Source: Halorarum halobium (GTDB lineage: Archaea > Halobacteriota > Halobacteria > Halobacteriales > Haloferacaceae). From it: 64,000 nt of DNA. Location of the stretch: assembly GCF_032116555.1 (NCBI RefSeq), contig NZ_CP134949.1, forward strand, positions 310,001-374,000. Reading direction: 5' to 3'. Of this stretch, positions 1 through 10,094 are shown one piece after another (the first letter of the stretch is position 1; each line of letters starts with the position of its first letter). A program made the translations under genes and the position numbers. Below the pieces are notes generated by a model. That model saw nothing but the letters and a program-made list of their open reading frames with translations, ran no database searches and was not told where the DNA came from.

Positions 1-919
1 CGTAGGTGACGCCGACCGACCAGTCGCCCACCTCGTGCTCCTCGGCGCGCTCGACGGCCTTCTCGATGAGCAGCTCCTTCTCGACCCGGCGCTCGGCGAT
101 GTACTCCTCGACCGCGGGCGGGAGGTCGACGCCGTACGCGCCGACGACGGCGGCGTACTCCTCGGCGTCCGTCCAGTAGGCGTAGTCGGCGATGTCGTCG
201 CTGCGCTCGTCCTGCTTGAGCCAGAGGTCGTGGTCGCGGGTGACCGCGGCGAGTTCCGTGAAGCGCTCGGGGAACTCGTACTCGAGCGAGCGCAGGGTGA
301 CGTCCGTCGAGCACTCCTCCTCGCTGTCGCCGACCACGAGGTCGATGCCCAGTTCGCGGACCGACGCCATGAGCTCGTCGCCCCACTGGTGGTGGTCGAA
401 CCAGCGGACCCCGCCCGCGCGCTCGACGACCGTCCGCAGGTCGTCCTCGACGTACTCGAACGCGTCCGGACAGATGTCACAGACGAACACGTCGGCGTCG
501 GGTTCGAGGTACTCGGCGGCGTAGCCCAGGTCCTCCTCGAACGAGTGCGGGCCGGAGGGGAGCAGCGCGACTGCCGACTCGGGGAGGTCGTCCTCGTCCT
601 GCTCGGCGGCGGCGTCCGTGTCATCGTCGCCGTCCGTCTCGTCCGCGTCGTCCTCGTCGGCCAGGCGCTCGCGCAGTCGCTCCTCGAACGGGGCGACGTC
701 GAGCGCGGCGTCGTACGCCTCGCGGACGAGCGCGACACAGCCGAGGCCGTCGGCGTCCGAGTCGGTGATGACCACGACGCCCGCGCCCTCCAGCGCCTCC
801 CTCGCGCGCTCCTCGGCGAGGTCGTCGTCCAGCGAGTCGGGGTAGAAGAACCCCTCGCCGGGGAGCTTGGATCTGCGCTCCAGCGAGAGGGAGCCGGTGT
901 CGATGAGTTCGTCGTCCAT
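1..919 (-). CDS. DHH family phosphoesterase (runs off the window start; missing from the ORF track)
   Basis: Manual translation from ATG at 919: MDDELIDTGSL...ITDSDADGLGC...VFVCDICPD...WFDHHQW, containing the DxDxDG, D and DHH motifs. Confidence 0.85.
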   Translation of the reverse strand, partial: MDDELIDTGSLSLERRSKLPGEGFFYPDSLDDDLAEERAREALEGAGVVVITDSDADGLGCVALVREAYDAALDVAPFEERLRERLADEDDADETDGDDDTDAAAEQDEDDLPESAVALLPSGPHSFEEDLGYAAEYLEPDADVFVCDICPDAFEYVEDDLRTVVERAGGVRWFDHHQWGDELMASVRELGIDLVVGDSEEECSTDVTLRSLEYEFPERFTELAAVTRDHDLWLKQDERSDDIADYAYWTDAEEYAAVVGAYGVDLPPAVEEYIAERRVEKELLIEKAVERAEEHEVGDWSVGVTY

Positions 920-1004
920 ACCCGACCGTCCACGCCGGACGTGAAAACGTCGGCGTTCGGCCGCGACGGGGCGGCGGTCGACTGGGTCCCGATCGGCTGC
1001 CCGC

Positions 1005-1439
1005 TTACTCGGCTGCGCCCTGGAGCTGCCGGACGGTCAACACCGGCGTCGGGCAGGTGCGAACGACCCGTTCGGCGACGCTGCCGATGAGAAAGCGGTT
1101 CTCGCCGTGTCGGCCGCGGGTGCCCGTGGCGACGACGTCCGCGCCGATCTCGCGGGCGTACTCGCCGATCTCGTTGGCGGGGCGACCCTCCCGGACGACG
1201 GCGGTCACGTCGCGCTCGGTCCGCGCCTGGACGTCGACGATGGCCTCGCCGCCGCGCTCCTGGAGCGCGTGGCGCATGTCCTCGCGGACGGCGTCGGGCG
1301 AGGAGTCGACCTCGCCGGCGTCGACGACGTACAGCGCGTGGACCGCCGCGTCGAACCTGTCGGCGAGGTCGAGCGCGACGTCCACCGCTCGCCCGACGCT
1401 CTCGGAGCCGTCGGTGGCGATGACGATGGTGTCGAACAT
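1005..1439 (-). CDS. Universal stress protein (UspA family)
   Basis: MFDTIVIATDGS...GTRGRHG...IGSVAERVVRTCPTPVLTVR, typical Usp motifs. Confidence 0.95.
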   Translation of the reverse strand: MFDTIVIATDGSESVGRAVDVALDLADRFDAAVHALYVVDAGEVDSSPDAVREDMRHALQERGGEAIVDVQARTERDVTAVVREGRPANEIGEYAREIGADVVATGTRGRHGENRFLIGSVAERVVRTCPTPVLTVRQLQGAAE

Positions 1440-1557
1440 TACGAACTCCCTCGTCCGTTCGCGTCTTAAATCCCTGCAAGTTTCGCGTTGCGAGTGCGGA
1501 GCGGATGTCAGTCGAGAGGGCGTAACTGTTATTCGTACACAAATTCAACACGACCAC

Positions 1558-1848
1558 ATGTCAGAGGCCGATACGCCGCCGGACAAGACGACCGTGAACA
1601 TCCGAATGACGGAGACGTTCCTCGCCGACGTCGACGGGACGTGGAAGGAGTTCGGCTACAACAGCCGAAGCGAGTTCATCCGTGACGCGCTCCGCGACGC
1701 CGTCAAGCACCCCGAGTTCAACCGCGCGGATCTGAAGGCGATGCTCGCGGGCGAGGCCGAGATCCGGGAGGGCCGGACGTACTCCAGCGACGAGGTGAAG
1801 GACAAGTACGGGCTCCACGCTGACGCGGTCGACGAGCACGACGAATGA
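1558..1848 (+). CDS. Ribbon-helix-helix (CopG/Arc/MetJ) antitoxin
   Basis: TTVNIRMTETFLADVD...GYNSRSEFIRDALRDAV is an RHH signature; its stop overlaps the toxin start (ATGA, 1845-1848). Confidence 0.85.
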   Translation: MSEADTPPDKTTVNIRMTETFLADVDGTWKEFGYNSRSEFIRDALRDAVKHPEFNRADLKAMLAGEAEIREGRTYSSDEVKDKYGLHADAVDEHDE

Positions 1849-2126
1849 GCGAGGGGTGGGACTGGCGGCTCACCGAACGGGCCATGAGACAGTTCGACGG
1901 ACTCGACGACTACGCTCGCGAACGGATCACGTCCAAACTGGACGACGTCGTCGACGACCCGTGGCGCGAGCCCGCCGACTACCTCGAACCGCTCTCGGGA
2001 GCCCCACATCAGAAGCTTCGAGTTGGACCGTTCCGTCTCGGTTGCAGGGCGAATCAAGACGAGACGGTGCTCTGGGTGCTCACTATCAAGAAACGCGGTG
2101 GCGACGCCTACCGGAGCGACGACTGA
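1845..2126 (+). CDS. Type II toxin, RelE/ParE family
   Basis: 93 aa; WRLTERAMRQFDGL...HQKLRVGPFRL...VLTIKKRG; coupled to the upstream RHH gene. Confidence 0.85.
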   Translation: MSEGWDWRLTERAMRQFDGLDDYARERITSKLDDVVDDPWREPADYLEPLSGAPHQKLRVGPFRLGCRANQDETVLWVLTIKKRGGDAYRSDD

Positions 2127-2140
2127 GACGGCCCTCGAAG

Positions 2141-2743
2141 CTACAACTGCTCGACGCTCCCGCCGTCGTCCCGCTCGCGGAACACCTGCCCGTCGATGAG
2201 CGTCACCATCGTCTCCTCGTCCTGCCAGGCGGTCGGCGAGACCTTGGCCTTCCGGCAGACCCGCGAGAGGAACTGCTCCTTGCTCCAGCCGTTCTCGACC
2301 GGGATCGTCGGGTAGAGCCAGCCGTGCTTGTCGCCCTGGTCGATGGCGACCCCGTGGCGGCCCAGTTCGAGGTCGGAGACGGGATCGTTGGTGAGCGTGA
2401 CGTTCGAGACGATACAGGCGGAGACGAGAATCGAGTCCAGTTCCTTCGGTTCGACTTCGGAGCCGCCCGAGTCGGACGAGGCGGCCTTGATCGCGGCGTC
2501 GACGATGGCGTGACCGAGCTGTTCTTTCCCTCGATACGAGCCGGCACAGCCCCGCATTCGGCCACGACCGCGTGTGGACTGGAGGCGAACGAACGCCCCC
2601 GTTCGGGCGTAGAAGGCGTCGCGCATGCTCCCCGGATGTTCGCGCTGTCCGTGGAGAACGTACGATTCGACGGCTTCCCGAGCGAGTTCGACCGCACGAT
2701 CACCGTCCTCGTAGGTGAGCTGAACGGTCTGCGCCTCGGACAT
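2141..2743 (-). CDS. AMMECR1 domain protein (TIGR00296 family)
   Basis: GAFVRL...RMRGCAG...GRHGVAI...LYPTIPVENGWSKEQFLSRVCRKA; start MSEAQ at 2743. Confidence 0.9.
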   Translation of the reverse strand: MSEAQTVQLTYEDGDRAVELAREAVESYVLHGQREHPGSMRDAFYARTGAFVRLQSTRGRGRMRGCAGSYRGKEQLGHAIVDAAIKAASSDSGGSEVEPKELDSILVSACIVSNVTLTNDPVSDLELGRHGVAIDQGDKHGWLYPTIPVENGWSKEQFLSRVCRKAKVSPTAWQDEETMVTLIDGQVFRERDDGGSVEQL

Positions 2744-3032
2744 GGACCAGTTAACGGGACACGCCGACTTCAACCCTTCCCTTCATGTGCAGGACCGTTA
2801 TGGACCGTACAACCGTCCCACAGGGAGGGCCTAGCCGCCAGTAGTGTCGAACTACTCACACCGGTTCGCGCCCGATTCGCGCTCGACTCTCGCTCGGTCC
2901 CCTCTCGACCACGTTCGAACCGGATCCGATTCCCGTCGAACCGATACCCCCGGCCTCGACCCGCTTTCTATCGACCACCCGACGGCCGCGGTGACGGCCC
3001 CCCGGACGCCTCCCGACGAACCCACGGCGAAC

Positions 3033-3042
3033 CGCTTAAACC
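3033..3042 (+). promoter_or_regulatory. Putative TATA box of the RNase P RNA gene
   Basis: CTTAAA at 3035-3040, about 25 nt upstream of the predicted RNA 5' end. Confidence 0.5.
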
Positions 3043-3063
3043 ACGATGCGGCCTAGGTGCTGA

Positions 3064-3504
3064 CGGCAGAGGGAGCCCGATCCCCGTGCGTCCTCGGGCG
3101 GTGAGCCGGCGTCCGCGCCGCGACCGCCCGACGAGGCATGAGGAAAGTCCCCCCACCGCCCGAACGGGCGACCGGGCGCAAGCCCGGAGCCGGAGACGGC
3201 TGGCGCTGGAACAGAAACGAGACCACCCGGCTCGACCGATGAGGTCCGCGAACCGACCCGCGAGGGGAGGGAGCTAACCGACCGAGGGCGGAGTCGCGGC
3301 GGGCGTCCTGCTCGCCCGGCTCCACGAGACCTCGCGTCTCGTCGACGGCCGGGAACGGATGGAACGGCGAATCCTCGCCGGTGCAAGTCCGCGCCGACGG
3401 GGCCTCGTGCCCCCGATGGTAGTTCGGGCCGCCGCTTCGCGGCATGGCGCGGACGCGTAGCCGAATGTCGGGACGAACAGAAGGGGGCTTACTCCCCTCA
3501 GCCG
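3064..3504 (+). ncRNA. rnpB: Archaeal RNase P RNA
   Basis: Conserved GAGGAAAGTCC (3140-3150), ACAGAAAC, GTGCAAG and GAACAGAAGGGGGCTTAC (about 3475-3492). P4 pairing AAGTCCCCC/GGGGGCTT. Terminal helix CGGCAGAGGGAG/CTCCCCTCAGCCG. Ends are approximate. Confidence 0.95.
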
Positions 3505-3627
3505 CTCACGACGGCGAGCGACGGCTCCGCCCGTGGGTCGTGGGGAGAATCCTCGCGGCACCGTCAGTCCGTCCGACGGTGGTCGTGCGAGAGTCTGACA
3601 CATACCCGGCGGACTAAAAGGCGTGGA

Positions 3628-3936
3628 GTGCCAAGCAGGCACGTGGACAGTCGAGAACTGACGACGGCGCTCGAACGCGAGTTCGGCGGCGAGGAGCCTC
3701 ACCGGCGGGTCGTCGCCCGCCAGGCGCGGGACCTCGCGGACGCCGGCAAGCTGGAGGCCGACCGCGGCGAGCCGCTCACGGCCGCCGACGTCGTGAACAA
3801 CATGGCGGACGCCCCCGACGACAAGGACCTCGTCGAGCGGTGGAACTGGTGGCTGGGCTCGCTCGAGACCGCCTACGGCGGCTACGACCGGTTCACCGTC
3901 CGATTCGTCGACGACGGGCCGGACGTGAACGCGTAG
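3628..3936 (+). CDS. Hypothetical protein (true start may be GTG 3643)
   Basis: Acidic 102-aa ORF with typical codon usage; VARQARDLAD...ERWNWWLGSL. Confidence 0.75.
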   Translation: MPSRHVDSRELTTALEREFGGEEPHRRVVARQARDLADAGKLEADRGEPLTAADVVNNMADAPDDKDLVERWNWWLGSLETAYGGYDRFTVRFVDDGPDVNA

Positions 3937-4016
3937 CGCGGCCGTCCCCCGTGTTTCAGCCCTCCGGATTTCGCCTCCTCTTCATCGGCCGGACCCCCGG
4001 AGTCGACACGCCGACG

Positions 4017-4116
4017 GTCGCGCCGAGGTGAGGTCGGTAGTCGCGCCGAGGTGAGGTCGGTAGTCGCGCCGAGGTGAGGTCGGTAGTCGCGCCGAGGTGA
4101 GGTCGGTAGTCGCGCC
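4017..4116. repeat. Perfect tandem repeat, 23-bp unit GTCGCGCCGAGGTGAGGTCGGTA x4.3
   Basis: Units start at 4017, 4040, 4063 and 4086, with a partial at 4109-4116; no spacers. Confidence 0.97.
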
Positions 4117-4211
4117 CTGATGACTGTGGCAGTCACGCCGTGCGACGACGTGGACCGCCGGCGAACACGCCGTGGGCAACCCTTTTGACTCGCGCTCGCG
4201 CCTCTGGATGC

Positions 4212-5120
4212 ATGGAGCCCGGCGACGTGGAGGCGGTCCCCGGCACCACCGACCTCTACTACCTCGACACGGGGATGTACGACACCGCGAACTACGGGGC
4301 CGTCTACGTCATCGACGCCGAGCGGCCCGCCGTCGTCGACACCGGCATCGGCACGAACCGCGAGTACCTCTTCGACGCGCTCGAGGAACTGAACGTCGTC
4401 CCCGACCTGATCCTCCCGACCCACGTCCACCTCGACCACGCCGGGGGGGCCGGGTTCCTCGCGGAGGCGTTCCCGGACGCGACGGTGATGACCCACGAGA
4501 TCGGCGTCCCGCACCTCGTCGACCCCGGGCGGCTCGTCGAGGGAACGAGGGCCGCCGTCGGCGAGCAGTGGCGGTACTACGTCGAGCCGGAGCCGATCCC
4601 CGAGGACCGCATCGAGCCGCTCTCGGGCGGCGAGACGCTCGACCTGGGCGACCGGGCCCTCGACGTCCACCACGCGCCGGGCCACGCCCCCCACCAGGTG
4701 TTCTTCCACGACCGCGGCGACGACGTGGTGTTCACGGCCGACGCGGCGGGCGTCTACGTCCCGCAACTCGACGAGGTGCGCCAGACGTCGCCGCCGTCGG
4801 CGTTCAACATGGACGCGTGTCACGAGGACGTCGACGCCATCCGCGCGCTCGACCCGCGTATCCTCTGTTTCGGCCACTTCGGTCCCCGCGAGTTCGACGA
4901 CGACTTTCTCGCGGAGTACAAGCGGACGCTGCTGGAGTGGGTCGAGGCCGTGAAGCGGAAACGCGAGGAACTCGGCGACGACGAGGCGGTCGTCGAGCAC
5001 TTCGCGGCCCACGCCCAGGAGCGGTTCGTCGACTGCTGGGGCGAGCGGAAGGCCCGCGCCGAGGAGCGCCTGAACGCCCGCGGCGTCCTCGCGTACCTGG
5101 ACTACGTCGAGGAGAACTGA
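4212..5120 (+). CDS. MBL-fold metallo-hydrolase
   Basis: THVHLDHAGG motif, PGHAPH, FTADAAG, FGHFG. Confidence 0.92.
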   Translation: MEPGDVEAVPGTTDLYYLDTGMYDTANYGAVYVIDAERPAVVDTGIGTNREYLFDALEELNVVPDLILPTHVHLDHAGGAGFLAEAFPDATVMTHEIGVPHLVDPGRLVEGTRAAVGEQWRYYVEPEPIPEDRIEPLSGGETLDLGDRALDVHHAPGHAPHQVFFHDRGDDVVFTADAAGVYVPQLDEVRQTSPPSAFNMDACHEDVDAIRALDPRILCFGHFGPREFDDDFLAEYKRTLLEWVEAVKRKREELGDDEAVVEHFAAHAQERFVDCWGERKARAEERLNARGVLAYLDYVEEN

Positions 5121-5244
5121 GACCCTCCAGGGACGTCCCCTGCGGTACTGAGACGGACGTACGGTAGCTTTATCCGGCGCTCGTCGAATCTCACGACGAT
5201 GCGACACGTCGGGGGCTCGTCGGGGAATCGCGGCCGATCAGGGG

Positions 5245-5907
5245 GTGAGTGACGTGCAGGCGCTCCCGTCGGCGGTCGGCGAGGTGACGCTCGGACTCCA
5301 CGTTCTGGCGGGCGTTCTCGCGCTGTTCGCGGGTGCCGGCGCGTTCCTGACGAGCAAGGGCGGGACGCGGCACCGCCGCCTGGGCCGGACGTACGTGTAC
5401 GCGATGGCGTTCGTCGTCACGTCGGCGCTGGCGCTGTTCGCCCTCGACCCGACGCCGACCCGCCAGTTCCTCGCGCTCGTCGCGGTGTTCAGCTTCTACT
5501 TCGTGTTCTCGGGCTACCGCGTCCTCTCCCGAAAGCGGCCGACCGACGGCCCGGAATCGGTCGACTGGGCCGCCGTCGGACTGCTGACCGCGGCCGGCGC
5601 GGGCCTCGTGCTGATGGGCGGAGCGCGTCTCCTCGACGGCTCCTCGTTCGGGACGGTGATGCTCGTCTTCGGCGCCATCGGGACGGGGTTCGGGCTCAGC
5701 GACGCCCGCGCCTACCGCGTGGGCGACCCCGAGCCCCGGGCCTGGTTCTTCCAGCACCTCTCCCGGATGAGCGCGGGCTACATCGCCACCGTGACCGCCT
5801 TCTCGACGGTGAACTTCCTGTTTCTCCCGCCGATCGCCCGCTGGCTCTGGCCGACGCTCGTGGGCTCGCCCGCGATCTACTTGCTGGCGCGGCGATACGA
5901 GGCCTGA
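5245..5907 (+). CDS. DUF2306-like membrane protein
   Basis: Several TM helices; LHVLAG...KGGTRHRRLGRTYV...HLSRMSAGYIATVTAF. Confidence 0.75.
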   Translation: MSDVQALPSAVGEVTLGLHVLAGVLALFAGAGAFLTSKGGTRHRRLGRTYVYAMAFVVTSALALFALDPTPTRQFLALVAVFSFYFVFSGYRVLSRKRPTDGPESVDWAAVGLLTAAGAGLVLMGGARLLDGSSFGTVMLVFGAIGTGFGLSDARAYRVGDPEPRAWFFQHLSRMSAGYIATVTAFSTVNFLFLPPIARWLWPTLVGSPAIYLLARRYEA

Positions 5908-6043
5908 GTCCGGGCCACCGATACGAGCTTCGGGCTCCGGAGCGCGGGATGCCGGGTGAGAACCGGCGAACGCGCCCGGAAACCCGTGACAACGGGCGCC
6001 GAGTGGGGGCACCGTTAAGACCCCGCCATCGCCACACGTTCGC

Positions 6044-7972
6044 ATGGACTGGAGGCAGGCCGAACGCGAGTACGAGCCCGACGTGACGCGCGACTCGCTG
6101 GCGGCGACGTTCGACGCGAGCGCCCGGCGCAACGCCGACCGGGTCGCCCAGCGCTACAAGGGGGGCGTGTACGACCGCTCGCTCGTCCGCGAGGGCGTCG
6201 TCGACGCCGCGCCCGAGGGCGACTACGCGGACCTAACGTACGGCGAGGTGCACGACCTCGTCCGGCGGCTCTCGGCGGGGTTTCGCGACCTGGGCGTCGC
6301 GCCCGGCGACCGCGTCGGCATCTTCGCCCACACGCGGATGGAGTGGGCCCAGTCGGACTTCGCGCTGCTGGGCGCCGGCGGCGTCGTCACGACCGTCTAC
6401 ACCTCCTCGTCGCGGAGCCAGGTTCGCCACCTGCTCTCGGACCCCGGCGCCTCGGGCGTCGTCGTCGAGGACCGCGAACTGCTGGACCGGGTGCTCGCGG
6501 TGGAGGATGACCTCTCGCTGGAGTTCGTGGTGCTGCTCGACGGCGAGCCGCACGAACGCGAGGACGTCCACACGCTCGGCGAGGTCCACGACCGCGGCGC
6601 GGCGCTGGATCCGGGCGACGGCTGGGTCGTCGACCGCGACCTGGACGACCTCGCCAGCCTCATCTACACCTCCGGCACCACGGGCACCCCGAAGGGCGTG
6701 GAGCTCACCCACCGGAACTTCCTCGCCAACGTCGACCAGTGCATGCGCCGGTTCGGCCCGCGCCCGGACAAGGCCGAGGCGGGCGTCCCCGCCATCGACG
6801 AGACGACCGTCGGGCTGTCGTTCCTCCCGCTCGCACACGTGTTCGAGCGGCTCGCGGGCCACTTCATGATGTTCTCGGCGGGCGCGACCGTCGCCTACGC
6901 CGAGTCGCCCGACACGCTCCGCGAGGACTTCGGGCTCGTCCGTCCCACGACGGCGACGAGCGTACCGCGCGTCTACGAGAAGCTGTACGCGGCGATCCGC
7001 GAGCAGGCGTCGGAGTCGAGCGTGAAAGAGCGGATATTCGAGTGGGCGACCGACGTCGGCCGCGAGCACCACCGCGCCGACGACCCCGGGTTCGGCCTGC
7101 GGACGCGCTACCGGATCGCCGACCGGCTCGTCTTCTCCAGCGTGAAGGAGGCGCTGGGCGGCAACGTCGACTTCTTCATCTCCGGCGGCGGGTCGCTGTC
7201 GGCGGACCTGTGTGAACTGTACCACGGGATGGACGTCCCCATCCTCGAGGGGTACGGCCTCACCGAGACCGCCCCGGTCGTGGCCGCGAACCCGCCCGAG
7301 GAGCCGAAAGTCGGCACCATCGGCCCGCCGGTCGTCGACGTGGACGTGAAGGTCGACCCGACCATCGCCGGCAACACGGACGACGCGGCGGGGGAGGTCG
7401 GCGAACTGCTCGTGAAGGGGCCGAACGTGTTCCGCGGCTACCACAACCTTCCCGAGGAGACGGACGCGGCGTTCGACGACGATGACTGGTTCCGGACCGG
7501 CGACGTGGTCGAGATCCGGCCGGACGGCTATATCGCGTTCCGGGAGCGGGCGAAGCAACTGATGAAGCTCTCGACCGGGAAGTACGTCCCGCCAGGGGCG
7601 ATCGAGGACGCCTTCGCGGCCTCCGAGTACGTCGAGCAGGCGATGGTGCTCGGGGACGCCCGGAAGTTCGTCTCGGCGCTCATCGTCCCCGCGATGCCGG
7701 CGATCAGGGAGTGGGCGGAGGCGAACGGCGTCGACCTCCCCGCGGACGCCGACGCCGTCTGCCGGAACGACGAGGTCCGCGTGCTCGTCCAGTCGGAGGT
7801 CGACCGGGTGAACGAGTCGTTCGAACCCCACGAACAGATCAAGCAGTTCCGACTCGTCCCCGAGGAGTTCACCGAGGAGAACGACCTGCTCACCCCGACG
7901 ATGAAGAAGAAGCGCCGGAACATCCTGGACCGCTACGCGGAGGCCGTCGACGTCCTGTACGAGGGGCCCTGA
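6044..7972 (+). CDS. Long-chain fatty acid-CoA ligase (AMP-dependent synthetase)
   Basis: YTSGTTGTPKG, EGYGLTET, WFRTGD and LTPTMKKKR motifs. Confidence 0.95.
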   Translation: MDWRQAEREYEPDVTRDSLAATFDASARRNADRVAQRYKGGVYDRSLVREGVVDAAPEGDYADLTYGEVHDLVRRLSAGFRDLGVAPGDRVGIFAHTRMEWAQSDFALLGAGGVVTTVYTSSSRSQVRHLLSDPGASGVVVEDRELLDRVLAVEDDLSLEFVVLLDGEPHEREDVHTLGEVHDRGAALDPGDGWVVDRDLDDLASLIYTSGTTGTPKGVELTHRNFLANVDQCMRRFGPRPDKAEAGVPAIDETTVGLSFLPLAHVFERLAGHFMMFSAGATVAYAESPDTLREDFGLVRPTTATSVPRVYEKLYAAIREQASESSVKERIFEWATDVGREHHRADDPGFGLRTRYRIADRLVFSSVKEALGGNVDFFISGGGSLSADLCELYHGMDVPILEGYGLTETAPVVAANPPEEPKVGTIGPPVVDVDVKVDPTIAGNTDDAAGEVGELLVKGPNVFRGYHNLPEETDAAFDDDDWFRTGDVVEIRPDGYIAFRERAKQLMKLSTGKYVPPGAIEDAFAASEYVEQAMVLGDARKFVSALIVPAMPAIREWAEANGVDLPADADAVCRNDEVRVLVQSEVDRVNESFEPHEQIKQFRLVPEEFTEENDLLTPTMKKKRRNILDRYAEAVDVLYEGP

Positions 7973-8117
7973 CGTCCGGCATCGTTCACGGAATCGTAAC
8001 ATAGTTGTCCGTTCTTCTGGATTCGCCATCCAACCACGGCCGCCGCTGTCGAAACACCCCCGTAACGGTGGACTTATCAGATTCGGACGGATACCCGAGC
8101 CTAATGGAGGGGCGATA

Positions 8118-9977
8118 GTGGCAGGCGACGGGACGCTCATCGCGCTGGTCGCCGCCATCATCGGCGTCGGCGTGATCGCACAGATCCTCTCCGACCGCTT
8201 TCAGGTGCCGAGCATCATCTTCCTGCTGGGGGCGGGCATCGCGCTCGGTCCCGAGGGGCTCGGCGCCATCACCTCGGAGTCGTTCGGCGACGCGCTGCCG
8301 GCCATCGTCGGGCTCTCGGTCGCGGTCATCGTCTTCGAGGGGGCGTTCCACCTCCGGGTGGAGAAGCTCCGGGAGGCACCCCGCGAGACGCTCCGGCTCG
8401 TCACCCTGGGCGCGGCCATCGCGTTCGTCGGGACGACCCTGACGGTCCGGTACGCGCTGGGGACCTCCTGGGGCATCGCGGGGCTCATCGGCGCGCTGCT
8501 CGTCGCGACCGGCCCGACGGTCGTCACGCCCATCCTCGAGGTCGTCCCGGTCAGGGACCGGGTGGAGGCGGCCCTGGAGACCGAGGGGATCGTCAACGAC
8601 GTGACCGCGGCGATCCTCGCGGTCGTCATCTTCGAGGCGATCCTCGCCGGCACCACCGCCCCGGGCGCGCTGTTGACGCTGTTCGTCGAACGCCTCGGCA
8701 CCGGGGTCGTCATCGGCGGCCTGGTCGCGGCGGTCGTGTTCTACGTCCTCCGCTACGTCGACCTCTCGCCGGGGAACGCCCCCCGGAACGCCCGGCTGCT
8801 CGTGCTCGCTGGCGCGCTGGTGTCGTACGGCGCGGCCGACTTCATCGTGCGCGAGGCCGGCATCGCGGCGGTCGCCACCGCCGGCATCCTGCTCGGGAAC
8901 ATGGACATCCCGTACGAGGAGGACGTCACCGACTTCAAGGGCGACGTGACGCTGCTGGTGCTCTCGTTCGTGTTCATCGCGCTGGCGGCGCTGCTGCGGT
9001 TCGAAGACCTGGTCCTGCTCGGGTGGGGCGGCGTCGCCGTCGTCCTCGCGGTCGTGTTCCTCATCCGCCCGGCGCTCGTGTTCCTCTCGTCGGTCGGCGA
9101 CCGCTTCTCGCGCCAGGAGAAGCTGTTCATGTCGTTCGTCGGCCCGCGGGGAATCATTCCGGCGTCGGTCTCGACGCTGTTCGCGGTCGAACTCACCGCT
9201 CGGGGGATGACCGAGGCGGCGAACGTCCTCGTCGGGACGGTGTTCCTCGTCATCCTGGCGACGGTCGTCCTGGAGGGCGGGTTCGCCCGCCGCATCGCGG
9301 AGACGCTTGACGTGATACCAATGCGTGTACTCATCATCGGGGGCGGCACCGTGGGGCGCACCCTCGCCACCCGCCTCGAAGACCGGGGAGAGAACGTCGT
9401 CATCATCGACAACGACGAGACACAGGTGCAGACGGCCCGCAACGAGGGCCACACCGTCCACGTGGGCGACGGCACGGACACGGGCGTCCTCCAGTCGGCC
9501 GGCGGCGACAACGCGAAGGTCGTCGTCGCCGCGACCGGGGACGACGACGTGAACCTGCTCGTCTCCCAGCTCGCGGCCTCGAAGTTCGAGCCCGAGACCA
9601 TCCTCGCGCGGGCGAACAACCCCGAGAACGTCGAGGCGTTCGAGGAACTGGGCGTCCGGACGGTCGCCTCGACCATCGCGACCGCCCAGGCGATGGACAA
9701 CTACATCGAGCGCCCGGCGCTGGCCAACTGGATGGGCGAGATCGGCCGCTCGGGCGACGTCCAGGAAATCGAGGTGACCGCCGAGGAGTACGCGGGCCGG
9801 ACGATCCGCGACATCGGCCCGGACCTGCCCGGCGGGAGCATCATCGCGCTGGTCGCCCGCGACGGCGAGGCGGTCGTCCCGAGCGCCGACTTCACGATCC
9901 AGACCGGCGACCGCGTCACGCTCATCGGCAACCGCGAGGACGTGCGCGACACGATGCGCCAGTTCGACCCGAACTGA
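8118..9977 (+). CDS. Cation:proton antiporter (CPA1/NhaP-like) with TrkA-N and TrkA-C domains
   Basis: Multi-TM N-terminal part with ATGP, EGIVND and GPRGIIP; C-terminal GGGTVG RCK domain. Confidence 0.92.
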   Translation: MAGDGTLIALVAAIIGVGVIAQILSDRFQVPSIIFLLGAGIALGPEGLGAITSESFGDALPAIVGLSVAVIVFEGAFHLRVEKLREAPRETLRLVTLGAAIAFVGTTLTVRYALGTSWGIAGLIGALLVATGPTVVTPILEVVPVRDRVEAALETEGIVNDVTAAILAVVIFEAILAGTTAPGALLTLFVERLGTGVVIGGLVAAVVFYVLRYVDLSPGNAPRNARLLVLAGALVSYGAADFIVREAGIAAVATAGILLGNMDIPYEEDVTDFKGDVTLLVLSFVFIALAALLRFEDLVLLGWGGVAVVLAVVFLIRPALVFLSSVGDRFSRQEKLFMSFVGPRGIIPASVSTLFAVELTARGMTEAANVLVGTVFLVILATVVLEGGFARRIAETLDVIPMRVLIIGGGTVGRTLATRLEDRGENVVIIDNDETQVQTARNEGHTVHVGDGTDTGVLQSAGGDNAKVVVAATGDDDVNLLVSQLAASKFEPETILARANNPENVEAFEELGVRTVASTIATAQAMDNYIERPALANWMGEIGRSGDVQEIEVTAEEYAGRTIRDIGPDLPGGSIIALVARDGEAVVPSADFTIQTGDRVTLIGNREDVRDTMRQFDPN

Positions 9978-10094
9978 TCCGGCTCGACCCTGCCCGACCC
10001 CGCCCGCCCCGGTTTTCTCCTCCCCGGCCCGCGGCAAGTTCACGAATCGGCTCCGATCAGGAGCCGGGACGGCCGAGTTCGTATCGGTCGCCGG

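Noticed and set aside
35..1090. 351-aa plus-strand ORF, and similar long antisense ORFs throughout the window
   Set aside because: These are antisense shadows of real genes, caused by high-GC codon bias.
2968..3702. Several ORFs overlapping 3064-3504
   Set aside because: The region is the RNase P RNA, and the ORFs are Arg/Pro-rich shadows.
4017..4116. CRISPR array or repeat-encoded peptide (ORF 3982-4179)
   Set aside because: There are no spacers, and the ORF is a by-product of a stop-free repeat.
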